Assembly: GCA_903908245.1 (NCBI GenBank)
Contig: CAIVRE010000006.1
Coordinates: 21,951 to 85,950, forward strand
From: Candidatus Omnitrophota bacterium
Lineage (GTDB): Bacteria > Omnitrophota > Gorgyraeia > Zapsychrales > Fredricksoniimonadaceae
Direction: 5' to 3'
Length of the DNA stretch: 64,000 nucleotides
Numbering within the stretch: position 1 is the stretch's first letter; each line of letters opens with the position of its first letter. The translations under genes and the position numbers were made by a program. Shown here piece by piece: positions 51,444-60,594 of this stretch. The notes under the pieces are model-generated. The model searched no databases, had not been told where the DNA came from, and saw only the letters and a program-made list of their open reading frames with translations.

Positions 51444-52032
51444 TGTGCTTTTTCCCCTTTGTTTTATTGTATTGCGTCATTGCGCCGGAAATCTCGCCCT
51501 TCACCCAAAGGCTGCAGCAATCCGCCGCATCCGAAATAAATGGGCCAAGCTCCTTTATTTCCCTGGCGTTGAACTCTGAAAGAACATAATCCGCCTGATC
51601 CATCCCCTGTGCCGGCGCGCTAACACCCAAACGCAATCGCGGATACTCCAGGGAACCAAGCTCCAACGCAATGGACTTATGGCCGTTATGCCCCCCATCC
51701 GAACCATTCGGCTTCAAACGCATCTCGCCGAACTCAAGCCTAATATCATCCGCCACGACCAGGATGTTCTCAACGGCGATCTTGTTGAAATGAGCGATCT
51801 CACGGACCGCCTGGCCCGAATTGTTCATGAACGTCAAAGGCAGGACCAGCCCGACAACCTCACTGCCTTCATTCCACTCTGCCACCAGGGCTGAACCCTG
51901 CCGGCTCTTTTTCCAATCGACTCCGGATCTCCTGGCCAATTCCATAAGGGCCATGAACCCGATATTATGCCGTGTCTTCTCATATTGCCGGCCGGGGTTC
52001 CCCAGGCCAACGCAAAGTTTCGATAGCCCCAA
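51430..52032 (-). CDS. pth: Peptidyl-tRNA hydrolase
   Basis: GLGNPG..Y..TRHNIGF, TFMNNSG, GGHNG, RLRLGV, YVL. Confidence 0.96.
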   Translation of the reverse strand: MGLSKLCVGLGNPGRQYEKTRHNIGFMALMELARRSGVDWKKSRQGSALVAEWNEGSEVVGLVLPLTFMNNSGQAVREIAHFNKIAVENILVVADDIRLEFGEMRLKPNGSDGGHNGHKSIALELGSLEYPRLRLGVSAPAQGMDQADYVLSEFNAREIKELGPFISDAADCCSLWVKGEISGAMTQYNKTKGKKHNEQI

Positions 52033-52047
52033 AACAGAACTCCTGTA

Positions 52048-52800
52048 TTACTTTTTCGGAGCCGCAGGCTTGGCCGCGCCAGCCGCAGGCTTCGCACCGG
52101 CCGCCGGTTTTGCCCCTGCCGCCGGTTTCGCCCCTGCCGCCGCTTCCGCCGCAGGATCCTTGGGCTTCTCTTTAATAACTTCAAGTGTCGGTGCCACCAC
52201 TTCCGCATCGGCTGCGGGAGCTTCCTCACGACTGGAATAGACCACCGCCACCACCACCGCGCCCGGATCCATCTTGGTCCGGACACCGGACGGAAGAGCA
52301 AGGTCGCTGACATGGATCGCGTGATGCGTGTCGAGATTAGTCACATCCACTTCAATATGTTGCGGGATATCTTTCGGTAAACAGATCACTTCCAGCTCGC
52401 GCAACCCGTGCTCAAGCGTGGCCCCGATCTTCTTAAGGCCGATCGCCTCGCCTTTGACCACGATCGCCACACGGAAGGCGATCTCTTTATCCATTGAAAT
52501 GCGCTGAAAATCAATGTGATCGACCGCATCACTGACCGGATTAAAATATGTTTCCTTCGCCAGCGCGATACAATCACTGACCTTTTTTTCGCCTGCCAGG
52601 ATCTGCACCTGGAAAAGAATACTTTCCCCGTGATGCTCGCGCATGATACGGTCAAAATCCTTGCGCATCAGCTTGACCGACAAGGGTTTTTCCGCCCCGC
52701 CGTACACCACGCCAGGGATATAACCCGCCTTGCGAAGGGTCTTCACTTCCCCGGAGCCTGCTTCATTCCTGACCTGTAAATCCAATTTGATCTGTTCCAT
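52048..52800 (-). CDS. rplY: 50S ribosomal protein L25/Ctc (long form)
   Basis: LRKAGYIPGVVYG, HIDF, IPQHIEVDV; tail of AAGAKP repeats. Confidence 0.95.
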   Translation of the reverse strand: MEQIKLDLQVRNEAGSGEVKTLRKAGYIPGVVYGGAEKPLSVKLMRKDFDRIMREHHGESILFQVQILAGEKKVSDCIALAKETYFNPVSDAVDHIDFQRISMDKEIAFRVAIVVKGEAIGLKKIGATLEHGLRELEVICLPKDIPQHIEVDVTNLDTHHAIHVSDLALPSGVRTKMDPGAVVVAVVYSSREEAPAADAEVVAPTLEVIKEKPKDPAAEAAAGAKPAAGAKPAAGAKPAAGAAKPAAPKK

Positions 52801-52850
52801 AATCCGCTTCCCACCTTTTCCCTGTGATCCCGTTAATAGCTCTCTGCCGA

Positions 52851-52878
52851 GTACAGGCGGTTCATGAACCGCCCCTAC
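52851..52878 (-). repeat. GTAG-type REP palindrome overlapping the prs stop codon
   Basis: Minus strand GTAGG-GGCGGTTCATGAACCGCC-TGTAC, with a perfect 18-bp palindrome core. Confidence 0.75.
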
Positions 52879-53834
52879 CTATTGACCTCGAACAGGCAAC
52901 TGATCGACTGTTCGTTATGAATACGCTTGATCGCTTCCGCCAAAAGCGGAGCCACCGTCAGCTGCTTGATCTTCGAAACTTTCCTGGCCTTGGCGCTCAA
53001 AGGGATACTGTCCGTAATGACCAGCTCTTCCAACGCCTTGCATTCCGCCATACGCTCAACCGCAGGCCCGGACAGGACCCCATGGCTGACCGCGGCGTAA
53101 ACCTTGTCGACCCCGACCTCCTTCAGCGCCGTAATGGCCTCCGAAAGCGATCCACCGGTCGCCACAATATCATCCACCAAAACCGCAGTCTTCCCCTTGA
53201 CCTTCCCGAGGATATTCATCACTTCTGTCTCCTCCGGGCTCATGCGGCGCTTGTCAATGATCGCGAGGCCCGCACCCAAACGCTTGGCGTACGCGCGCGC
53301 CATGCGAATACCCCCGACATCAGGGGAAACGACTACAAGATTTTTCATATTCATCGCTTCAAAATATTCACAAAGCGTGTTGATCGCGTATAAATGATCC
53401 ACAGGAATATCAAAAAAACCCTGGATCTGACTGGCGTGCAGATCCATCGCAAGCACCCGGTCAACACCAGCCGCCGTAATAAGGTTCGCCACCAGCTTGG
53501 CCGTGATCGGAACGCGCGGCTGATCCTTGCGGTCCTGACGCGCGTAACCATAGAACGGAATAACCGCCGTGATCCGCTTGGCCGAGGCGCGCTTGGCGGC
53601 ATCGATCAGGATCAACAGCTCCATCAAATTATCATTCGTCGGCGAACAGGTCGGCTGAATAATGAACAGATCCTTGCCGCGCACGTTCGCCACGATCTGC
53701 ACGCGGATCTCACCCTCGCTGAAACGCGTACAAATAACCTCCGCGAGCGGAATATCCAGGCATTTACAGATTTTATCGGCCAATTCTTTATTGGCATTCC
53801 CCGAAAGGACACAGATCTCGCTCATAAAGCTCAT
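52875..53834 (-). CDS. prs: Ribose-phosphate pyrophosphokinase
   Basis: FSEGE, YGYARQDRK, DLHASQIQGFF, SPDVGG, VDDIVATGGS. Confidence 0.98.
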   Translation of the reverse strand: MSFMSEICVLSGNANKELADKICKCLDIPLAEVICTRFSEGEIRVQIVANVRGKDLFIIQPTCSPTNDNLMELLILIDAAKRASAKRITAVIPFYGYARQDRKDQPRVPITAKLVANLITAAGVDRVLAMDLHASQIQGFFDIPVDHLYAINTLCEYFEAMNMKNLVVVSPDVGGIRMARAYAKRLGAGLAIIDKRRMSPEETEVMNILGKVKGKTAVLVDDIVATGGSLSEAITALKEVGVDKVYAAVSHGVLSGPAVERMAECKALEELVITDSIPLSAKARKVSKIKQLTVAPLLAEAIKRIHNEQSISCLFEVNR

Positions 53835-55087
53835 ACCTTTTTAATGACCCTGGCCGGCATCCCCACCGCCAATTTCCCAGCCGGGACATCACGCCCCGCC
53901 GTCACCACACTGCCGGCACCGACCTTGGAACCTTTGCCGATCTTGACCGGAGCGATCAGGACACTGTCACAACCGATGAACGCGCCCGGGCCGATCAAAG
54001 TTTTGTTCTTGTTCTTTCCGTCGTAATTCGCCGTCACCGTCCCGCAGCCGATATTCGCGCCGCGGCCGACGGTCGTATCTCCCAGAAAACTGAAATGCTT
54101 CATGTTCACGTCATCCCCCAGGACAGAGCGGGAGACTTCCGTAAAATTCCCCACCGAAACATTATTCCCAAGCCTTGTCCCCGGACGAAGCCTCGCAAAA
54201 GGCCCGACCGAACAATTCCGTCCGACAAAAACATCATGATGGATATACGTGCAGGGATAAATGACCGTATCCTGGCCGATGCTCACATCATTCTCGACAT
54301 ATGTAGTGGACGGGTCAACAATGGTCACCCCTTTATCCATCAACCGGCCCAGGATCTTCTGGCGAAGGATATCCTCGGATAAAGCCAGGTCCGCGCGGGT
54401 ATTAAGCCCTAAATTCGCCGTCCAGTCGTCCGTGACCAGCGTTTCAACCCCCAGGCCCCGATCCAGGAACAATTCAATGATATCTGTAAGATAATATTCC
54501 TTCTTGTTCGCGTTCGCTTTTATGTCACCGATCGCGCTAAAAAGCTTTTTTGCATTAAAACAGTAAACCCCGGTATTGATCTCGCGGATATTCAACTCTT
54601 CCGCCGAAGCATCCTTATGCTCACGAATGGCCAGGAACTTGTTCCCGGCATCCCGGATGATACGGCCGTAACCGAAAGGATCATCCAATAAACATGTTAA
54701 AACTGTAACGGCCGCCCCTGTCTTTTCATGTTTCACCGCCAGACGGCGCACGATCCCGCGGTCCAGAAGCGGCGTATCGCCGCACATGACCAGCACCGTG
54801 CCAGCATCATTCCTGAAGAACGGCGCACACATTTTAACCGCATGAGCGGTGCCAAGCTGCTTTGACTGCACCACGATCCTGGCCCGGCCGCCCACCGCAT
54901 CCGCCACCTTTTCCGCCTGATGGCCAACCACCACATATGTTGTCAAAGAACCGACCGCCTCAGCCACATCCAGCACATAATGCAAGGCTGGCTTACCGGC
55001 GAGACAATGCAAAACCTTCGGCATCGCAGACTTGAAACGCGTCCCCTTGCCTGCCGCCAGAACAATGGTCTTTAAATTTTTTGCCAT
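53831..55087 (-). CDS. glmU: Bifunctional GlcNAc-1-P uridyltransferase/acetyltransferase
   Basis: LAAGKGTRFKS..PKVLH, QLGTAHA, GYGRI, EYYLTD, GPFARLRPG, NYDG. Confidence 0.96.
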   Translation of the reverse strand: MAKNLKTIVLAAGKGTRFKSAMPKVLHCLAGKPALHYVLDVAEAVGSLTTYVVVGHQAEKVADAVGGRARIVVQSKQLGTAHAVKMCAPFFRNDAGTVLVMCGDTPLLDRGIVRRLAVKHEKTGAAVTVLTCLLDDPFGYGRIIRDAGNKFLAIREHKDASAEELNIREINTGVYCFNAKKLFSAIGDIKANANKKEYYLTDIIELFLDRGLGVETLVTDDWTANLGLNTRADLALSEDILRQKILGRLMDKGVTIVDPSTTYVENDVSIGQDTVIYPCTYIHHDVFVGRNCSVGPFARLRPGTRLGNNVSVGNFTEVSRSVLGDDVNMKHFSFLGDTTVGRGANIGCGTVTANYDGKNKNKTLIGPGAFIGCDSVLIAPVKIGKGSKVGAGSVVTAGRDVPAGKLAVGMPARVIKKV

Positions 55088-55168
55088 AAAAACCGAAACG
55101 CCCGTATTCACTAATATAATAGTGGCACACGAGACGATAAAATAGCCATGGAACCGCTAAGGTGCGAT

Positions 55169-55197
55169 AGTATATCTTACGACTTTTTTTTCGTCAA
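55169..55197 (-). promoter_or_regulatory. Promoter of the glmU-prs operon
   Basis: TTGACG-N17-TATACT. Confidence 0.75.
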
Positions 55198-55232
55198 GGA
55201 GAATTAGGCGCCTTGATTTATCCTCAAAAGGG

Positions 55233-55261
55233 TTGCTAAACCCTGGTTTATCTTTTATACT
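55233..55261 (+). promoter_or_regulatory. Divergent promoter for the pilin-like gene
   Basis: TTGCTA-N17-TATACT. This implies the true start is ATG 55299, not the TTG at 55233. Confidence 0.65.
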
Positions 55262-55298
55262 TAAATTGTCGATTGACCAGAAATCTACAAAGGTCCCT

Positions 55299-56885
55299 AT
55301 GCTTTTAAAAAATAAAGGGCAATCCGTTCTCGAATATATGCTGCTCGCCTCGATCATTATGGTCGGGATCATCATTGGCGGGCCTATATTATTAAAATCC
55401 GTCCAGGGCTATTTCCAGCTCACCGATGAAAGCGTACAGGACGCGACTTCCGAGATCATCCAGCAGGCCCCCGATGCCACGAATATCCCCAAGATCTGCG
55501 GATGTTCGAACGGCACCACCGCCCTGCCCAGCGCACTGAACATCGGCAGCTATCAGGCCGCCGGCTGGTCACAAGGCGAGTGCGGCGTAGGCAACTGCAG
55601 TGCCCTGCAAAGATACTTTTACCGCACCTGCTCTCCGATCAAATGCGCGGCGGAAGAAGCCTGCGTTCCCGACGGCACCTGCTGCTCTGCGCCAGAGCCT
55701 CTGAGCTGCGGGACACGCTTCTCGGCAGGTTCAGCCACTTTGAACTGTACCCAGGCTGGAAAGACCAAAACCACCCTGGATGCAAGATTCGGCGGCTCCT
55801 ATACCAACACCTGTGACCTGTTATCCGCCAACGGCTACGACTGCCTTGTCGGCCAACGATTATATGTCAGACAATGCGCCAATGCCGCCAACCCCAGCAC
55901 GAAAGACACGATCTATGCCTGCAAAGGCCCGGATGATGAGACAAAGCAAAATTGCCTGCCTACCTGCTGGCAGTATCCTTTCCCGGGATCAAAACCCTGC
56001 AACGGGCCCGCTACAGGGGACGCCGAAAAAGATGACTACATGGTCCGGGAGAATGCACTCCAGGACGCCAAGGCCACGGCCATCGCCCTGCGCACAGACC
56101 TGATCCCGGAAGTCATCTACCGTCAATCCGCCACCAACTCGGGCGATAACCCGCCCAACATCAATGAAGAACCGAAGGATATGGCCTATTACGCACGGGT
56201 AAGCGCGCACCTCGTCGAACCACCCCCTCATAACCCCTACAGGATCCTGACCAAGAACGCGGAAACATCCGATATCCTGAAGTTCAACTCTTACCGCGCT
56301 CATTATGTATATTTAAAAGCCAACCAATGCGCCGACGCGCGCTATTGCGAAAGGCGCTGTCCCGGCGGCTATGGGCCGAATCCGGAAGGCCTCAGGGGCA
56401 TGCGCGAGAATGAAAGCTGCGCACAGTTGGCCTGCCTGTACGGCTGGTGGCCGGAAATAGAACCCCTGCCTGTAGCCGCGGGCTCGCGAGACACAGCAAA
56501 AGCATCCCCGGCCAACCAGATATGCGACGCCCTTGATGAACCGAAAATATGCCTCCCCAATACAGATATTTGCGGCTATATCGCCGTATGCTCATCCCCG
56601 TCTGGATACAGTTACCGGACATCCGACACCAGCGGCAGCTTTGATCTGAAGAAACTCGCTGACTCTGCAGCCCCTTGCGATACCGGGTATCGCAAGATCT
56701 CCGACCTGCACAACAAGATAACATACTGTTATAAAGCGACCCCAAGCGCCAGCCCCATAGCGGCACTCCCCGCCGACTTCCATTGTGACGCCGGCAATAT
56801 CTTTGTTGAAAGCTTCGGCTATCCGGCAAATGCGGCCACCAAAGACAACACTCTCTTTTTTACGCTCCTCGGATGCGACAACTGA
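55299..56885 (+). CDS. Large Cys-rich protein with class III (prepilin) signal peptide
   Basis: MLLKNKG|QSVLEYMLLASIIMVGIIIGG prepilin motif; about 31 Cys by manual count. Confidence 0.8.
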   Translation: MLLKNKGQSVLEYMLLASIIMVGIIIGGPILLKSVQGYFQLTDESVQDATSEIIQQAPDATNIPKICGCSNGTTALPSALNIGSYQAAGWSQGECGVGNCSALQRYFYRTCSPIKCAAEEACVPDGTCCSAPEPLSCGTRFSAGSATLNCTQAGKTKTTLDARFGGSYTNTCDLLSANGYDCLVGQRLYVRQCANAANPSTKDTIYACKGPDDETKQNCLPTCWQYPFPGSKPCNGPATGDAEKDDYMVRENALQDAKATAIALRTDLIPEVIYRQSATNSGDNPPNINEEPKDMAYYARVSAHLVEPPPHNPYRILTKNAETSDILKFNSYRAHYVYLKANQCADARYCERRCPGGYGPNPEGLRGMRENESCAQLACLYGWWPEIEPLPVAAGSRDTAKASPANQICDALDEPKICLPNTDICGYIAVCSSPSGYSYRTSDTSGSFDLKKLADSAAPCDTGYRKISDLHNKITYCYKATPSASPIAALPADFHCDAGNIFVESFGYPANAATKDNTLFFTLLGCDN

Positions 56886-56910
56886 CCTGAAATTGATCGT
56901 GCGCTTGGCA

Positions 56911-58131
56911 ATGGCAAAGAAACTCCGTATCCTTCTTCATTACACCCACAAACAAACTCTCGGCCACACCACCCGCACGATCTCGCTTGCGACATCTATT
57001 GTTGATCACCACGCAACAAAAACAAGCCTTCTGCTCCTGCAGGGTGGAGCGCTTCAACCCCTTATAGAACACCCCAAAGGGTACAGGCTCCTGAACATCC
57101 CCTTCCCGTTCGATACCCGGGACAGTTTTCGCTCCCGCTCAATACCGCAGCGAACAACCGAACGCGCCGCGTTCATCCTTAAAGCCGCGCAAGAATTCAC
57201 CCCCGGCGTCTTTATAACAGAATTCTTCCCTTTCGGCCGTTCAGCCTATATCCCGGAACTTCTTCCGGCGTTGCGTTATTTGCGGAAGACCGGCTGCAGG
57301 ATCATTGCCAGTATCGGCTATCCTCTCATCATCGACCTGATCCGCCTTCAGGACAGGCAATTCGCGGCGGTATATAAAGCCCTGCTGTCCTTTTACGATG
57401 CCTTCCTGATCCACACACCCGAACAACTCGAAACGCCCTATTTTCTAAGGTCCATCGCCTCAAAAGAGATCGCGGACCTTTACACCGCGACCCTTGGATC
57501 GATCAGAAAGAAAATGATCCATACCGGCTATATTTTCCCCCGGCGAATACTGACACCGACGAAGAACGACGGCCTTGAAAAACTCCCCCCCGCCCCGAAT
57601 ACAGTGATTGTCAGCCGCGGCGGCGGCGCTGTATATCCCAAACTCATTGTCAACGCGATCCAAGCTCAAAAACTCCTCGGGAAGAACTTCCGGATGATCA
57701 TCGCCTGCGGCCCATCCACATCCGAAAAAGAAATGTCCCTCTTTAAACAGGTCCTGAAAGAAAACAAAGGCAGCCCGATCCTTTTGACCAGCCACCTCTC
57801 CGACCTGGATGATCATCTGCGGACCTGCCAGGTCTCGATAAGCCTCTGCGGCTATAATACATCGGTACAACTGATGCGCCATGGCACTCCGTCGGTGATC
57901 GTGCCCTACAGTAACGGGCTCTCCCGGATGCCCACCAATGACCAGATCGCCCGTGCCGCCCTTCTTCAAGAGAAATTCGCAAGCACCGTCCTGTCTTACG
58001 ACACGCTGACCCCCCGGTCGCTCGCCCAGGCCATTCGTGCGCGGGCCGACCGGCCGCGGCCGGCCCCGGCGCCATTGTCCTGGTTCCAGGGAGCGCGAAC
58101 CTCTGCCAAGATCATCGTCGAGGAGGCCTAA
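56911..58131 (+). CDS. Predicted GT-B glycosyltransferase (COG4671-like, GT28 C-terminal)
   Basis: LGHTTR, ITEFFPFGR, HTGY, VSRGGG, SLCGYNT, DQIARA. Confidence 0.85.
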   Translation: MAKKLRILLHYTHKQTLGHTTRTISLATSIVDHHATKTSLLLLQGGALQPLIEHPKGYRLLNIPFPFDTRDSFRSRSIPQRTTERAAFILKAAQEFTPGVFITEFFPFGRSAYIPELLPALRYLRKTGCRIIASIGYPLIIDLIRLQDRQFAAVYKALLSFYDAFLIHTPEQLETPYFLRSIASKEIADLYTATLGSIRKKMIHTGYIFPRRILTPTKNDGLEKLPPAPNTVIVSRGGGAVYPKLIVNAIQAQKLLGKNFRMIIACGPSTSEKEMSLFKQVLKENKGSPILLTSHLSDLDDHLRTCQVSISLCGYNTSVQLMRHGTPSVIVPYSNGLSRMPTNDQIARAALLQEKFASTVLSYDTLTPRSLAQAIRARADRPRPAPAPLSWFQGARTSAKIIVEEA

Positions 58132-58132
58132 A

Positions 58133-59176
58133 ATGGAGCATCAAGCCTTCACCGGAATGGACGCGCGCCGTTTTGACACAAGGGACTTCAATATCAACCG
58201 GCCCGAAGTTGAACGCTTATGCGCCATATTCAATACCGGCAGGCTGCTGGAGTGGATCCCCGAAAAAGGCCTGCGCCTGTCCCACTCGAACTTCACCGTT
58301 TACGCGAAGTGTTCCCGTGGACAATATATTTTTAAATTCCAGCCGGCCACGAATGAATGGTTCCGGCGCATTGAAAAGAACGTTCAAACAGAATGGCTCC
58401 TCAACCGCCTGCTGATATCCAAGACTATCGCGGTCCCGCCCATGTTCCGCGCGAACGACCGCCGGCCTTATGCCTTATCCGGTCAATATTGCACGACCTG
58501 CTATACCTATCTCGACGGTTACCCTGCCTACCAGAACAAGCTCGTCCCCAGGCAGGTCGCCAGGATCAATCGCGCCCTTTTCCTCCTGGATCAGGCCCTG
58601 GACACAGCGCCGGCTATCGTTAAATTGCTTAAAACAGAACCCCTCATAAAGAAATTGCGCCCGCTGACCGAAGCCGCTCCTGCATGCCCCCCCGCACAGG
58701 AAGCCCTCAAAGCTTTTAAAAGAACATATTCCGAAACCCCCCGGCTCTTTGTGGCACGGCCCGTCCATGCCAATCTCTCCCTGGCCAACATTTTCTTCTG
58801 CAATGGCCAGGCCTATATCCTGGACATCGGCCATATCCAGACAGACCAGGAATTATCCGGATTGGCGACATTGATCACCTCCTGCATTTTCCTGAGAAAA
58901 CCATCTTCGGTGATCCGCGGCCTTGTGCAAGGCTATTTCAAAGAACACCGGCTGGAGAAAGAAAAACTGGGCGTCTTGAATATCCTCGTTCAGCTTGATC
59001 TGGCCAAAGAATATATCAAGTTGAACACGCGGGGAGAAGAACGGGCCCGGCAGCTGCCGACCAACCGCCTGCAGAAAGAATATTCTTACCACCTTGGAAA
59101 ACGGATTGAAATGCTCAGGAACCTGCTTGAAAAGAAGAACGGCGGCCAAGAACGTCCGATAACAGGATTATTTTAA
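58133..59176 (+). CDS. APH/homoserine kinase II-fold phosphotransferase with degenerate catalytic loop
   Basis: GQYIFK, VPPMF, YTYLDG, VHANLSLANIFF, YILDIG. Confidence 0.7.
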   Translation: MEHQAFTGMDARRFDTRDFNINRPEVERLCAIFNTGRLLEWIPEKGLRLSHSNFTVYAKCSRGQYIFKFQPATNEWFRRIEKNVQTEWLLNRLLISKTIAVPPMFRANDRRPYALSGQYCTTCYTYLDGYPAYQNKLVPRQVARINRALFLLDQALDTAPAIVKLLKTEPLIKKLRPLTEAAPACPPAQEALKAFKRTYSETPRLFVARPVHANLSLANIFFCNGQAYILDIGHIQTDQELSGLATLITSCIFLRKPSSVIRGLVQGYFKEHRLEKEKLGVLNILVQLDLAKEYIKLNTRGEERARQLPTNRLQKEYSYHLGKRIEMLRNLLEKKNGGQERPITGLF

Positions 59177-59849
59177 TTCCCCCTTTGTCACGCCAGCGGG
59201 AAATCCCCTTCAGAAAGAACTGCAATTCCCCCTCCAGCCCTTGCGCCGCGAACTCTTCATGATGAAGAAGGATCCCGGTCAATTGGCCCGGAACAACCGC
59301 CCGCACCAGATGCCGCAGCATATATCGGTGATCCATCTTCTTCCCCTGACCGTTGCGGGCGCCAAAAGATATTCCGGCGGGGATATCAAGGACTTTATCT
59401 CCGGGAGAGAACGCCTTCTTGCCGGCAGAAAAACCGGCGAACCTGCACTTTTTCACAAGGCCGAGCGTTGTCGCGTCATATCCATGGAACGGAGGAACAA
59501 AGACCGAAGTGAACATTTTTCCGAAAACCGACTTCATCACGGACATCCCCCTCTTAAGATCACGCCCCTGGCAAGCGGCGCAACGCGAAGGCCCGAACTC
59601 ATACTTCCGCTCTCCCGGGCGGGAATGATCCGCATGGCTCCAGCCATGCTGAACAATATCCAATAATCCAGGCGTCCGCGCTTTCTGGCGCTTTAACATA
59701 CCCGCCAGTCGGCTGTCCAGGCCATCAGGGATCACCGCGTACACCACGGGAAGATCCTTCTCCAGGAATAAACGAAAGAATTCCTTGAAATAACCGCCTG
59801 CAGCCTTTACATCATCATCCCGGATAAAAAGATACGCCGGCCTCATCAC
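59115..59849 (-). CDS. Polysaccharide deacetylase-like protein (NodB/DUF2334 type)
   Basis: IRDDDV, AVIP, QHGWSH, FVPPFH, LLHH. Confidence 0.85.
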   Translation of the reverse strand: MMRPAYLFIRDDDVKAAGGYFKEFFRLFLEKDLPVVYAVIPDGLDSRLAGMLKRQKARTPGLLDIVQHGWSHADHSRPGERKYEFGPSRCAACQGRDLKRGMSVMKSVFGKMFTSVFVPPFHGYDATTLGLVKKCRFAGFSAGKKAFSPGDKVLDIPAGISFGARNGQGKKMDHRYMLRHLVRAVVPGQLTGILLHHEEFAAQGLEGELQFFLKGISRWRDKGGIKIILLSDVLGRRSSFQAGS

Positions 59850-59850
59850 G

Positions 59851-60594
59851 TCAACCTCCCCGCTTTCGGCAACAGTTCAACGCCAGCGCTCTGACACTCG
59901 CCGGGACCTGCAACTCGGGTTTGCCCACGCAGGGAAATAAAACGGATAGATCCGGCGACAATGAACGCAGCAACCGCTTGCCTTTCTTAAGCGGTGCCGG
60001 GATACGGACAGCAGCATCAAGGACCGCCTTCTCAAGGAAAGGGAATACGATTTCCCGGCCGGAATCTGCCGCGATGATCCCGTGATGACGTACCATCTCC
60101 CGCGCCTGGCTGCGCCGCCGGGCGGTTGACGGTCCCCGGGCCATCGCCTCTTCCCCCAGCCACTGATCACTGCCCATCCCTGCCCAGAAACGTTTGAACG
60201 AAGACGGAAGTTTCAGGAGCGCGGCATGCAAAAGAGGGATGTCATAATCGCGGCCCCTTCCTTTCAAAAGCTCCTCAACGCGTATCGCAGAAAGAATATA
60301 TTCTTTCAGGGAAACCCGGACCACCTGATGCCTGGCCTTAAGCAGACGGGCCGCCCGTTGAGCCTCAAGGACCGTACGCGGATTATACCTGTCGAAAGCC
60401 ACCGTGACCGCCGCAACGCCGGGGAAAACCTGCCTGGCCTGTTCATATAAGAAAATCGAATCAAAACCGCCGCTGAACATTACCGCCGACGGAATGCCTC
60501 CCGACCGGATGGCCACGGCCATCGCGGCACACAACTCGACACGGAATTGCTCCGTCCGAAGATTCTTTTCAGGATTAGCCGTTTTTCTTTTCAT
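59851..60594 (-). CDS. Asparagine synthetase C-domain-like ATP-dependent ligase
   Basis: FSGGFDS PP-loop, GMGSDQWLG, FPFL, KRLLR; no glutaminase domain. Confidence 0.78.
   Translation of the reverse strand: MKRKTANPEKNLRTEQFRVELCAAMAVAIRSGGIPSAVMFSGGFDSIFLYEQARQVFPGVAAVTVAFDRYNPRTVLEAQRAARLLKARHQVVRVSLKEYILSAIRVEELLKGRGRDYDIPLLHAALLKLPSSFKRFWAGMGSDQWLGEEAMARGPSTARRRSQAREMVRHHGIIAADSGREIVFPFLEKAVLDAAVRIPAPLKKGKRLLRSLSPDLSVLFPCVGKPELQVPASVRALALNCCRKRGG

Noticed and set aside
52060-52150. 18-bp-period repeats encoding AAGAKP in the L25 tail, and similar repeats in the MORN protein tail
   Set aside because: Low-complexity protein tails, not CRISPR or a mobile repeat.
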